DNA of 63,169 nt, the filler included, from Phoronis australis (taxonomy: Eukaryota; Animalia; Phoronida), in the NCBI GenBank assembly GCA_002633005.1. It is 7 parts of 7 records of this genome, joined end to end, with 100 filler letters (N's around TTAATTAATTAA, not from the genome) between each part and the next. Parts side by side here need not be neighbours in the genome. Positions count along the whole stretch, not along the records: positions 36,096 to 53,783 come from NMRA01000122.1; positions 53,884 to 55,779 come from NMRA01003907.1; positions 55,880 to 63,169 come from NMRA01002040.1; 4 more parts are not named here. One strand, written 5' to 3'. Shown here piece after piece: positions 51,376 through 63,169 of this stretch. The first letter of the stretch is position 1. Each line of letters begins with the position of its first letter. The notes beneath the pieces are model-generated. The model was not told the DNA's origin. It saw only the letters and a program-made list of their open reading frames with translations, and did not search any database. Both the position numbers and the translations under genes were made by a program.

Positions 51376-52579
51376 CCTATTTCCCGGTGTTGGAGCGGCG
51401 TGCGTGTCTTTTGGTGGTGGCGGGAAATAAGTTTTCATAACTTGTTTTCTCGTGCTCATTTTGACAGCCACGTGCGTCACTGCTTTTGCAGTGCCTGAGT
51501 TCAGGTGTACAAGTATTTCAAGCGTTTTGCGTTAGTTTAGGGTAGCAGTTGTGGGTATATTGTAAATAGTTATTTAATTGTATATAGTATAGTTTGTATT
51601 TATTATTTTACATATTAGTTAGAGTTTTGAACCTTTCTAGGAATTCTAGAATAGGTCACGTGACCACGTGGTTTTCTTAAGACAAAGCCCCGTGTGTTAG
51701 TATGTCTTTCCAAGACAGGATTCCGGTAAACTTCTGTCTTTCCCAAGAGTTATTCAAGCTCTCGAGCATGACAGAAGATCATGTCGTGAACACATCCACT
51801 AAAACAAGAAACTGTAGGAACACCGCATTTATCCACCTTCACTCTTATCAGGCTTCTATTGTGAGTCAGCATGCGTGAATAATTGGCTGATAAGCCACCT
51901 CTGGAACTACTTTGGGCTGAATGGATGACCAGGCCATAAAATGATAATTAGCCAAGACCAGTTACTATAATGCAACAAAGAACAAGTAATAATGTCTTGC
52001 ATCACCTAGCCTTGGTGGAAAGCTGTATACTGTATTGGCTCAAACAAACGCTTAGAAAAATTCATTTCACGGGGAGGGGACGCTTATTGTAGTGAGCCTA
52101 CGGCAGTTGAAACCCGGTTTCCCAAACGGGTAAAATCGGAAGCTAGGATTCATCAAATTTACGCTCTGTGACGTATTTGTAGCCTATGACAGNNNNNNNN
52201 NNNNNNNNNNNNNNNNNNNNNNNNNNNNNNNNNNNNNNNNNNNNNNNNNNNNNNNNTCTCTTATCCTGGGCCGATTTGAAAAATTCAAAGTTGTATTCGT
52301 ATTTGTTTTCGCTCCTCTTTTCAAATATTACAGTAAAAACTACGTAAAATTCTCTCCATAAAAAGTACAGTTGTTAGGCTAGACTGTAATCAGCTGATCA
52401 TATCCGCATGAGCGAAGTCAATTATCCTCGCTCGTGACTCGATGAATAGAGCAGCTTGGCGGCATCCCTTTGAGCATGAGCCGAGCGCGTCTCAGCCAAG
52501 GTGGATAAATACGGTCTAGTTCAATTTTCCATACCCGGCCGTTTACCTTAAACACCGGGGTTAGAACCAATTTTATTTA

Positions 52580-53557
52580 GTGGGAATGTTCATAGCATGT
52601 ATTGCCCAATCCATTCTGGCTTTTCGGCAAACTCAGCCGATAACCCCAGAGAATATTAACCACATCCATTCCGGATGGAGGTTGACGAGGAGTGCTATTT
52701 CTGGCATTGATTTCACCCAGTATGGTGATGTTCAGTCCCGAGATACCTCTCCTCTGGGTAGTCCTGTACGTACCCGTTTGCCCCAGGACTTAAGTGGCAT
52801 TGCCCAGGCCTGTGACAGGTTGAGCAAATCCCCTGTTATAGTAAGAAGGAAGTACTCCACTAAGCAGGATGCTTCTTCGCCTGTGCCTGCCCAGAGTTCT
52901 GGTAGCCGAACGGTTGCTCCGTCCACCCACACCCGTCCCTATAATTTAAGGCCAAATGCCCCATCTAAATTAGTTTTTCAAGGGGAAAAAGGCAAATGGG
53001 ACGATTTTTTCTGGAAGTTTCAGCGCTTGGCTAAGGACAACTTATGGTCCGAAGACAAGTGCGTCTCAGAGTTAGGAATGTGTGTGGACGATGTGGCCTT
53101 GCATTTTTTCCTTAACTTTATGAGAACGAACCCAGACTCTGGTTTCGAGGACGTGGTTGCACACATGTCAGAACATTTTTCTTCGACTGACTGCACCCAG
53201 GTCCTACGCCTGGAATTCCAATACGCCGAGCAGAAGCCGGGGGAATCTATTGAAAACTGGGCGTGTAGGTTAAACAGGTTGTTCTTAAAAGCCTTCCCGA
53301 ACCCTTCGGAGCAGGAAAAAGTAGATCTTGTATTCCGTTTCTCCCTTGGGTTACGTGATAAGGTTGTAGGTACGCAGGTGATGAGCTCATCCCCTTTGTC
53401 CCTAGCTGAGGCGGAGTCTAAAGCTGCATGGTTCGCAACGACCCAGCGATTGATGGCAAATCAAAACCCGTCGATCTGTTTGGTTCGAGGGCTCACCATC
53501 GCGCAAGGACGAAGCTTCTGTCAACCTGCTTGCGCAGCACAAAAAACCTGCTCTTAA
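52580..53557 (+). CDS. Gypsy Gag (retrotransposon capsid domain), frameshifted near the 3' end; true start uncertain
   Basis: Longest ORF in window (325 aa): RPYNLR, F.G...W..F...F...A....W, Q..GES...W..RL..L..KAFP, F..GL.D. Confidence 0.85.
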   Translation: MGMFIACIAQSILAFRQTQPITPENINHIHSGWRLTRSAISGIDFTQYGDVQSRDTSPLGSPVRTRLPQDLSGIAQACDRLSKSPVIVRRKYSTKQDASSPVPAQSSGSRTVAPSTHTRPYNLRPNAPSKLVFQGEKGKWDDFFWKFQRLAKDNLWSEDKCVSELGMCVDDVALHFFLNFMRTNPDSGFEDVVAHMSEHFSSTDCTQVLRLEFQYAEQKPGESIENWACRLNRLFLKAFPNPSEQEKVDLVFRFSLGLRDKVVGTQVMSSSPLSLAEAESKAAWFATTQRLMANQNPSICLVRGLTIAQGRSFCQPACAAQKTCS

Positions 53558-53783
53558 ATTCAGCCCAATAGCATCCTCTGCTTCAAACTCTGGGGTTGAG
53601 TCTAGGCTGCATGCTTTAGAGTCTCAGATGGCTAAGGTCGATCAACTCTGAAATAGGAGGTCTTAAAGAAGACAATGCCCTTATACATCGAGAACTTAAA
53701 AGTATGTCCCAGACTATGAGTTCAAATTTTAGGGGCATTACCTCAGATCTGTCGAGGGTATTAAAATTGTTGGATTCTAATCC

Positions 53784-53883
53784 NNNNNNNNNNNNNNNNN
53801 NNNNNNNNNNNNNNNNNNNNNNNNNNNTTAATTAATTAANNNNNNNNNNNNNNNNNNNNNNNNNNNNNNNNNNNNNNNNNNNN
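53784..53883. other. Artificial assembly spacer
   Basis: 44N-TTAATTAATTAA-44N. Confidence 0.98.
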
Positions 53884-55151
53884 ACTTTTGCTCTGTAAAC
53901 AAATATGTCATCGAGTAATATTCACTGTACTACTTTTCTTGCATGACTGGACTCAATCCAGCCATGGTCTTGACACCTTACTGGTCAAAATGCCCGGCTG
54001 CTGGTCAGAAGATCCGGCTGAGTGCTATTCCTAGATCGATACAAGCAACTTTAACTGTAGTGATAAACGTAAAGGTATGCATATGCCTGAATCACAGCGT
54101 ATCATCTTGAATACAGATTTTATAAAATACAATGAAAGCGCATAATATGGGACCCATCTTTTGTTTTGATTTACTAGTGTATTTTAATTTGACGCCGTGC
54201 CCATTGTCTTTGATCCTTCCTGCAAGGGAACATCAATTTACTCAATTTTTCACCCCGACCTCCTTTTTTCGTACCAGTAAGTCCTCCGCGCTTTCCCGTT
54301 CCGCGTTTACTTGTTCCCCTTTTCAATTGTTGTTTGTTTTTAGCCCCTTTTCATTCTCTCTGCTGGTTCTCCAATTAGAGCGTTCCCTAATTGTTACGGG
54401 TTCTGTTGCTTACAGTTGGCGGTTTTCGCCCACCTCTTCGCATTATGTTTCTTTGCACCTGATATATCTATGTCAGCTGCCGTTATTAATAAACGACATT
54501 TACCCAACCTTCCTTGCGGCTTCCTTTATTGCAAACTAGCTTCAAATCTCACTATATGTAAATGTGAACGACATCATTACAGACACAACAACTTGACAGT
54601 TTTTGCGGTGGCGCCGGGTTTTACACTAAACCCAAATTATTCTAGAATATCGATGCTCACGGAACATCTGATACTTCATCAGTGTAGTTCAAGAGTTAAT
54701 TTCACAAACATGTTTACTCAACTGTATTATAATCTTTATGTCCCAAAGCACGNGTTGTTATGATTGGTTAGGGTCATGGCGCTAAGCGTCACCTAGCGGA
54801 TCAAGAATGTTACAAATTTCTGGCGTTGTCATCAGTGTAGTTCAAGAGTTAATTTCACAAACATGTTTACTCAACTGTATTATAATCTTTATGTCCCAAA
54901 GCACGTAGGTACACTTTGTGACGCACATCCTTGAATGAATTATAAAATGCACGTGTCACAACGTACATGCGCAAATTATAAAATATGTAAAATCAGTTTT
55001 AGCATGTATTGTTTAAAGCGGAAGGCATGCGGCATCTTGCACAAAACACATTTTAAGGTTTGTTCAACGCATTTAGTTTTTAGTAAGCAAAAGACAAAGA
55101 GGTATTAGTAAAGTGTTTAAAGGTAGACCGCTTACATAATCTGACTTGAGG

Positions 55152-55496
55152 TCAGCCGTTTTGTGTTGTCAAATCCACGTTTCGGCACAATGGGTTGAAA
55201 ATGGAGAGCGGGGGCCACTGATTACGACAGCAAGCTGGAAGTGGTTTCGGAGAACGAGAATCTGTTACCATCCGGTTCATTTTCCTGAATCCTCGTTCAC
55301 ATTCAACTGTACTGCAGCGTAGTCGGTAAACCACGCGAGTATTGGCTAACTGCAGGGAAGAGTCTTTATGCAGGGTTCCAACTTTCGTCCCCTCCTCCAT
55401 TTCTGAATTAAAATCTCCCAATTCACGCACTGATTGCCGTTGTGGCTTCCAGCCCAAACCGTTTGCAAACACACCTGACTTCGTGCTCTCCGGCAT
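55152..55496 (-). pseudogene. hAT transposase C-terminal dimerisation domain remnant
   Basis: CSTVECERGFRKMNRMVTDSRS followed by frameshifted NGPPLSIFNP-like sequence. Confidence 0.85.
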
Positions 55497-55512
55497 ATGT
55501 GTTATGCTGGAT

Positions 55513-55581
55513 CATGGGCGGCGCAGCACTGAAAAAAGTGGGGTCTATAGCCCCCAGCCCCCTTGTGGTGCTGCGTCCATG
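55513..55581. mobile_element. 69-bp mini-MITE followed by a second partial copy at 55585
   Basis: CATGGGCGGCGCAGCAC...GTGCTGCGTCCATG; same left end at 50566. Confidence 0.6.
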
Positions 55582-55779
55582 GACCATGGGCGGCGTAGCA
55601 CTGAAAAATGTGGTGAGGTTATAGCCCCCAGCCTCCTATGGTGCCAGATTGAGGTGTCCAAGCTGCTCATTAGACTGCTGATAGTAGACGGCACTCTCAG
55701 TTTACAGCAACACTGACTGCGGATAAGCTACACTATGGATGTGTAAGGCGGCGCAGCGTTCCCTTCAGTTAGAGGGACC

Positions 55780-55879
55780 NNNNNNNNNNNNNNNNNNNNN
55801 NNNNNNNNNNNNNNNNNNNNNNNTTAATTAATTAANNNNNNNNNNNNNNNNNNNNNNNNNNNNNNNNNNNNNNNNNNNN
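55780..55879. other. Artificial assembly spacer
   Basis: 44N-TTAATTAATTAA-44N. Confidence 0.98.
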
Positions 55880-56044
55880 CCTTACATTTTCTTCTCCGCA
55901 CAAAGAAAGCCTTCCCATGCTTAAAGAGATCAGTAGCTTTTACGAAATCAGAGTGCTTACTTGTGCAATTTTTTATTTTGAGTGTAGAAAATAGTAATTT
56001 ATTTGAGCGGCAGAGGGAGTGTTGTATGAGCAATAAATCGATAA

Positions 56045-56192
56045 TACATGGTACATACACGTATTATTAAACGTACATGGTACATACACGTATTATAAAA
56101 CGTACATGGTACATACACGTATTATGAAACGTACATGGTACATACACGTATTATGAAACGTACATGGTACATACACGTATTACGAAACGTAC
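56045..56192. repeat. 29-bp minisatellite, 5 copies
   Basis: Unit TACATGGTACATACACGTATTATGAAACG. Confidence 0.95.
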
Positions 56193-56668
56193 TTCCTGTT
56201 GTTTTATGCATTTGATCACATCCATCTAAGCGATCTTGACTGCAAAGAAGCCCTTGAAGTACCCAACTGAAATACTAAAAAGTAAGTGTACCGTGTTTGT
56301 GTTTTCGTTCCTAATTTGCAAGAAATTGAGAAAATTAACATATTTCATACATGTAGGAGATCAATAGTTCAATTTAATATATATCGTAAATTAGGTGCAA
56401 AAACAGATGGTGCACATGTTTTTAGTAGTTCTTTGAGTAACAACACTTCATGTTTACATCATATTCACGAAATGTGATGTAGCCACGAGCTGTCTACTCG
56501 ACAAGAACTCACATGCACGCGTGAAACGTAAAGAATAAAAATCGCATTGGAGACACGACTTGGAAGAATCGGAATGACAATCTGATCCTACATTTACAGA
56601 ATTATGCAATTTGAGATTATTCAAAAGTCTTTACCGAACCTGGAGTCAACTATTCCAGCTAGTAGCAT

Positions 56669-56818
56669 CAGTGGCGGATTTAGAGGGGGCCATACCCCCT
56701 TAAAATTCTTCCAGATTCCATTTGGCAGTTTGGGGGTGCGAAGGTCTGACGGGCGAAATCCTGGCTAATACTCTGCTCTGCCCCCTCAACCTAACTCAAA
56801 ATCCTGGATCCGCTCCTG
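56669..56818. mobile_element. hAT5-like MITE
   Basis: CAGTGGCGGATTTAG...CTGGATCCGCTCCTG; flanks AGCAT and GTCAT (3 of 5 match). Confidence 0.75.
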
Positions 56819-58967
56819 GTCATAATGGTCAAAATGACTACATTTAGCCTCGAAGACAAGAATAATTTTTAAGGTTTTGAATTGTGAAAGGATCATTTAC
56901 AAAGCATGGAGTTTTCGTCTGACACTCGCTGCAGATCAAACTGTCTGGCGTGAGGTTTTTAGTACCAGATTTAAAGGTCCTCGAAGAATTGACACTGGCA
57001 AGCGGTGGTTTCTGTAATTTCTTTCTCTAAAACCTCAACAGGCCAGTACTGAAATATGTCAGAAATTAGGTTTTACACGCATAACCTGAACTATGGATAC
57101 CCCGACTCTCGTACTCTTTCACGGATTACTGCGCTCAGTCATGTGTGCTCGTGTCTTCTAAAAACTGTCGAAAAATCCTTTACGAAAAATATGAACTTTA
57201 AAGAAAATCTTGCAACTAAGTTCGAAAGGTGCGTAAATGCAGATTTTATATTGCATCGTGTTGCGTTAGATAACTCAACATGAAATCATGCTTTGTGACT
57301 TACCTGTTTATGGGTCAACAAAAATCAACTTCTGATTCACTTGGCAAAATTCCCGTTCGTGTTGTAAATTTTATTATCAGAGTTAAATGATATGACTACA
57401 ATGCAATCGGAAAGTAGTAAGCTTCAACATTTTGACATCAAAGTGACATAAATGAGCCCACAATTATTAGTTTAATAAGTATCCGCAGATAAAATGTCAG
57501 TTTTTAATTATTCAGAGACGTCCGACTTTCGATTAGTTGATTGAATTTCAGTCACAATGCGTGTGTTACAGAAATTAAGAAAAAACGAACAAAACCGTAA
57601 AATGAAATGCGAGCGAGTGTAAAGATACTTTCAGCAGTGTTTGTGCCTTATTTTACAATAATCTGTTTTTTTAAACTTAGTGAGGGTTAACACAGAAATC
57701 TCATTACATATGGCGGTAGTTGTACAGTTGTACCCATAATGTATGGATCAGTTGTCACCCACTACTGCGGACATTTTTTTTGGAAGGGGTGCACCACCAA
57801 AAATAAAAATTAAAAATTAAACTAAAAAATTCATACTAAATTCTTTTAGTTTCACGATATTTGAAGTTGTGTTGAAAGAACGTTACTTGGCTCAAGTTTC
57901 GACTGAACTACCTTGCGTTACAATCTGTTTTATGAAAAGTGGAGCGAAAAGAGTGTTTTTAACAAGGGTCATTTTGTACATGTTTAATTAATTAGAAACT
58001 TATTTCCTATCGATATCACCATTGTTTTTATTATTTATGGTCTATTTACATTATGCTAAATTCCCCTTTCCAACACCGCATTTTGCCCTTCAACTTGAAA
58101 AAGATACTCTTTACTTAGTTTCCACCAGTTTAGGAAATGGAACGAACGAGTCTCATCAATGGCCAGGTAACCTTAACACAGGAACACACCTGTTTATATT
58201 GGCGTTTTACTATCAATATTTCGCAGTAGTTCATAAAAAGTGAAGCTTCTTGTTATTCGTATGTGACTGCCAATTTTATTGATGCACATATAACCTGGTA
58301 TTGGTGCTATATTGAAAAGAAAAGATCTGCATTTTGGTTTTATGTAAATGGGTTTGGATTAAACTTTGGAAAGGTTGAGTCTAATACCAGAATAAAAACT
58401 TACAAAAACTTATTCATACGTGTGACAAATCGAATCTTAAACCGCCTCGGCGTCTAGTCAAAACGCCACCAATTGACCAGAATAACCATAACGTCACAAG
58501 CCAAGCTGCAGTCCGTGAGATGCGGACAAAACGTTGATAATTTTTGTAAGTTTTTCTGTTTTATGAACTGGATGTCTCAAAGTTTCCATGCTTTTATTGT
58601 CGTGAATGTGTTAAGAAACAATATTCCTTGATGTGCATCTGTAGTCACTTAAAGCTTTTAGTTCATAAAGCGAAATATCGTGTCGTTTTATAATAAATTT
58701 ATTTGTAATTGCGGTCATTTCAAAATTTAAACAGACTGTGACCAAGGGCTATTGTCATTAATGTTCTTATAGCGTTGAAAGAATATTCAAACGAAATTTG
58801 GCCAGAGCTAGGATCTATTCTTTTCCCATGCTCGGGCAGAAGCAAATAATACAAACGTCGAGGGCATAACGTAAAGCTGCATTTCGCTGGGTAAAACGAA
58901 AATCGAATAAGTGTTTTTAGTAACCCGTGTTCATGCTATTTCATCATCCGTCGATTTTTTATTACAA

Positions 58968-59380
58968 TAGCAACACAAAACATTGGCATGTGCCCACGAT
59001 GTGCGCTATGAATATTTTCCCGTTATCGGATATATTAAAAAATCAACATCAACAGTACCCTCCTCATCAGGAACACGTACGTCAAATTTCATGAAGATCC
59101 AGCAAATAACATGGTAGATATTACCATAGGGGGCGCCACAGCTAGCAGTCCCATCAGTCCAAAAATTGACACCAGTCGTGCTTTCCTCAATAAAAAACCC
59201 ATGTGCCAAATTTCATGAAGAACCATGTGTTGTCTCCTTCCCCGAAATTTCTTTTGCAAATTTCATGAAAATCAACAAAGAACCTCGGTACATATCGAGG
59301 TATATACAAAAAACCTAAATTACTACCACAAGAGAGCACAGCAGTTGTCAGATCCGTCCGGAATTCTGCGGTCATTTGTG
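58968..59380 (+). repeat. Diverged HINE-like satellite fragment
   Basis: CAAATTTCATGAA and CCATAGGGGGCGCCAC motifs shared with the 316-1097 family. Confidence 0.55.
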
Positions 59381-59521
59381 TCAGGTTCGAAGGGACACCG
59401 CTGTGGAATTTCGAGATCCTGTAAGGAGCCGAGGACGCAGTATTCGACGAGTGGATACAATGAATTCTTTTTCAAGAATATAATTCACTTCTTACGACCT
59501 ATTCTCATTTCTCCAGTCTTG

Positions 59522-59700
59522 TAGTGGGGCGTAGGCGCACGTATAGGCGCAGCCAGGCACCTTGTGGCATTAGAACGTAGCGCCTGCGCACCGTAAGTTA
59601 CGTTATAGTGGGGCGTAGGCGCACGTAAGCGTAGCCAACCATCTTTTTACATCGTAACTTAGCGCCTACGCACAGCAAGTGACGGTATAGTGGGGCGTAC
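59522..59700. repeat. About 80-bp tandem units each with an internal inverted repeat
   Basis: TAGTGGGGCGTAGGCGCACGTA three times (last partial); GTAGGCGC pairs with GCGCCT(G/A)C. Confidence 0.7.
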
Positions 59701-59729
59701 TTTGTACGGCATCAATGCACTGCTTCGCT

Positions 59730-60410
59730 GACGACAACATTGTTGCCAAATATTCCAGCGTGTGACTTTACATCCTGGACAATTTATTCAAAGTGTTGTT
59801 GTGAACTTGGAGTAGCGTTGACTTGACAATGATGAGCAGTCATGTCAGTGGCTGATTTAGAGGGGGGCCAAGGAGGCCATGACCCCCCCTAAAATTCTCA
59901 CAGATTCTAGTTGGCAGTGCGGGGGTGCGAATGTCTGACGGGCAAAATCCTGGCTCTGAATACTCTGCCCTGGCCCCCCTAACTCAAAATTCTGGATCCG
60001 CTCCTGCATGTTGCCCTCTTCTGCCGGGGCATCTTGCACCCCAGAACGTGACCGATGGGATCCGGGATAAGACATGACGAGCACGAAATCGGGCGTATTT
60101 GCGATCTGTTTGGGCTGGTTGGTACAACAGCAATCAGAGGAATGCGTGAGTTCGTTGAAATGGACGAAGGACGCGGTTCAGTAGAGCAGACAACCTACCA
60201 AGTGCTCTGTGACAACTGGACCTCTACATTAAGACTCTTCCTTGCAGTACAGCTGAATGTGAGCGAGGATTCAGTGAAATGAATAAATAGTAACAGACGA
60301 TTACTTTTGTTTGCTATTAGAAACCACCTCCAGCTCGTTGTTTGGCAAGGTCAATGGTCGCCCGGTTTCCATGTTCGATCCACAACCTTATGCCGAAAAG
60401 TGGTTTCGAC
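59730..60410 (+). pseudogene. Decayed hAT transposase (C-terminal part), interrupted by a MITE
   Basis: QFIQSVVVNLE*R, EIGRICDLFGL...IRGMREF, TLPCSTAECERGFSEMNK, VNGRPVSMFDPQPYAEKW; probable element end at 60733. Confidence 0.85.
59846..60006. mobile_element. hAT5-like MITE with exact 5-bp TSD
   Basis: CAGTGGCTGATTTAGA...TCTGGATCCGCTCCTG; CATGT on both flanks. Confidence 0.88.
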
Positions 60411-63169
60411 AACACAGAACTGCTGATAGTTTTTAGTCCAAATCATCATGTAACTTGGAAAAAAACAAGACTGCCGACAAAAAAGTTTACGGAGGATTCT
60501 GTAACTAAGCACTCTATTTTTGGACAGTTCACTAGTACCTGGTATTTTACTAACTTTGAAACTAAACGAAAAAAATAAGAATAGCTGCTTGCAAAAAAAA
60601 CCCTACTTCAAGTTTGTGTACTATATGGTTAACCATATATTAATAAAGCATAAAAATATTTCCAGGTGATCAGTGCAATGGCCCCACATGCGAGGCCTGC
60701 GCACGTCTGGTAAAACGTGTATCAGACCGCCTGCAATTATTTATTTTATATATTGTGTACTATATATATGAATGCATGCACGTGTGTACCATTGTATATA
60801 GTGTTCAGCTCATTGAAACATCAGTGCTTTTGTAACATCGTATTTGTGTAATTAGTCTTTGAAGAGTACGGAGTAACATATATTCGCCAAATAGTGAAAT
60901 TTTAGATTAATATTTGAAGATAAAGAAACAAGTACGGTGTCATACCATGGGCGGATAAAAGGGAAGGGCTCCCGAGGACACACCCCACGGGCGACTAAAA
61001 TGCCGCCATCATATATTAGTTTCTGGGCGTTACGCGCCTATTATCCTTTATAATTGTGTTTGGGTCCCCCTTCAGTGACTCCTTGGAATGCACGCGGACC
61101 TTTAGTATAGTGTGTGGTTGGGCCCCTTCCTGCGACATCCTAGATTCGCCACTGCTGATACCCACTCGTGAGTCAAACAATAAGCCTACATGTTTGTGAG
61201 TCAGGTTTTGCGAATTCAATGCACTTTTAAAATTCAGTGCACAGCCACACGGTGGGCTTTGGGTGCCTTCTTACTTCAAATTTTACCACTACAGTACTGC
61301 ATTTCTCTTGCACAGCGCTCTAGAATTCAAAATCAAAATTATTTTCAAGACCTCATGGATCCTAAAGAGGACATGTTTTTCTCGTGCACGCTATTGTCTT
61401 AGAGCACAATGGTTTCTCATGAGCCACAGTTCTTTCATCCACAGAAGTAGCCCCAGCAACATCCTCCAAGCGTTTATAGACGTTTTCTGCAAACAATGCA
61501 CTTCCACCAGTCTTCATATTCACATCTATTACAACATTTAAGTCTAGCCTCAAGGCAATGCATTGTGACAGGGGTGCAACCCAATCTTGATTATACTCCA
61601 ATTTAAATGTTCAAATATTCCAACAAAAAGATACCTTACCAAATAAAAACATGAAACTGCAGCTCCTATTTAGATTTACATCAGCCTCTAACAGTATTCA
61701 TAAAATTATATGAGGAAAGTTAAGTGTCAAACACACCACCAGTAAAACGAAGATCCGAGATGTAATATTACATTTATTTCATTGCACTGTTTTTCAATGT
61801 CATGATTTATCATAAAAAGATATTGAAATATTTAAAGAATTCATAGTAAAAATAATCTACATGAATACAGACTTAAGTATATAAATACAATATTAATAGT
61901 CACAATTTGACATCACAACCATTCCCACCATAAGCACACAAGGAAATTGAACATTAAAATAAATATCTGAGAAAATTAAACGAAACATAATTTCTTCCAA
62001 ATACAGGACCAAACTTAATAGCTCAATAAACTCTAACAGAACGCCATTGGTTTACAAAAGCTCGACTTGAACAATCGACTTTAAATGCACTAGGTTTGAG
62101 GCCAAGTAATACACAATTGGGTCTTAAATTTGGAGTTAGTCCTGTGAATAAACTCAAAAATGTTTTTATTATATGAATTCAACCAAAAAATTCTGGCAAC
62201 ATCATGATAGCTTATAATACAAGTAATTTTATTAAGAATTCCAAACTATTGGTAAACTTCGAGAGTTCTGCAGAAGATTGTGGGTAAAATTACCATGGAA
62301 ATTACTGTGGCGAAGACTGAAGCTGACATTTTGGGCTAGGAGAGGGCGAGTAGCCCCAACAGTGGCTTAGAAGTTTGTTGGGGTTGTAAATCACGGGTGT
62401 CATTCACACACAATAAGCCTTTTCAAATTGAAATGCAAGGTCAGTGAAAGCAAATCTTTTTGAGCCCTGCTCTTAGTCACACAACTGTCCCACTTGGACT
62501 GTGTAACTAAACACAGCTTAATAAAGGATTTATGGTCCCGGTTGAAAAGATAATGGTTTTATTACCCCACGTGGGTTATAAACAGCTGGAGCCCAGCCGG
62601 GAATGGAAAGTCTGGTAATTAAAATGAAGTCCACTAAATCCTAACAACTTAGATGTTGAAGTAAATTACTAGTAATTACAAATATTGTTATTCAATTGAA
62701 GAGATTGTTAACACTTTTCCCAAGGAGCCATATTGGTAAGAACAACTATATCCTTCACCTACACAAACGTAGTTTTCACGACGTCAGCTACAATCTCTAA
62801 CATCAGACTTATCAGCACTATCCAGGACTACAACAATCCACCTTACTTAAAGCAGAAAATTAACCCACAGAGAAACTCAACTTTTGATTCATATGCAAAG
62901 TGGTTTCTGGGCCTTGGATAAAAACTGACACTTCATTATGGCTGGAGACATTGGTCGTCACACTAAATGACCTGCCGAGCCTGGTCTCAAGCAATAATGA
63001 ACACCAGTCCTTTCTAAGACCACAAATTGCCTCTAATTTGACAAATGAATGATTTCAAAAGCGCAGGTGGTTTAAATTAAAAAAATTATTCTGAAAAGGA
63101 GTGCAGGTTTATAGCTGTTTCAAGTATGGCTCTAATTATCATTTTCAAACTGCCTTCTTATACACCACA

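Larger units (their letters stand above)
51065..53783 (+). mobile_element. 5' part of a Ty3/Gypsy LTR retrotransposon (LTR about 51065-51359, PBS, leader, gag); internal 64-N gap at 52193-52256
   Basis: TG...CA segment followed by a tRNA primer site and a downstream gag ORF. The left LTR edge is inferred because no second LTR is present, and linkage across the N gap is assumed. Confidence 0.75.

Noticed and set aside
56045-56192. 29-bp repeat array as a CRISPR
   Set aside because: No spacers; simple minisatellite.
61990-63169. Possible L1/Tx1 remnant on the minus strand
   Set aside because: Too degenerate to call without a translated search.

Overview
Repeat-rich, intron-containing animal (invertebrate-type) genomic DNA, not prokaryotic. 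The window is seven sequence blocks joined by an artificial 100-bp spacer (44N-TTAATTAATTAA-44N), so neighbourhood across spacers is unproven. Host genes are seen only as partial exon sets: an FN3-like domain gene (minus, 1235-2687); the 5' end of condensin II subunit NCAPD3 (plus, 8021-14513); an unidentified acidic-tailed last exon (23779-23850); the 3' end of a SUR-like ABCC8/9 transporter (minus, 31942-34050); and the 5' part of an SLC22 transporter (minus, 38401-46393, two exons duplicated across a single-N join). Most other sequence is mobile DNA: a decayed DIRS tyrosine-recombinase retroelement with a solo LTR in its terminal inverted repeat, a three-level transposon nest in NCAPD3 intron 1, two Penelope-like fragments with minimal hammerhead ribozyme motifs, a Gypsy 5' end with a tRNA-Ser primer site, hAT pseudogenes, several MITE families with 2, 3, 5, 8 and 9-bp TSDs, and a Helentron/DINE-like element carrying a 450-bp higher-order satellite. 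I found no convincing new biological system. The best leads are the ribozyme-bearing Penelope copies and the transposon families, whose novelty needs a database search. All calls were made by eye.
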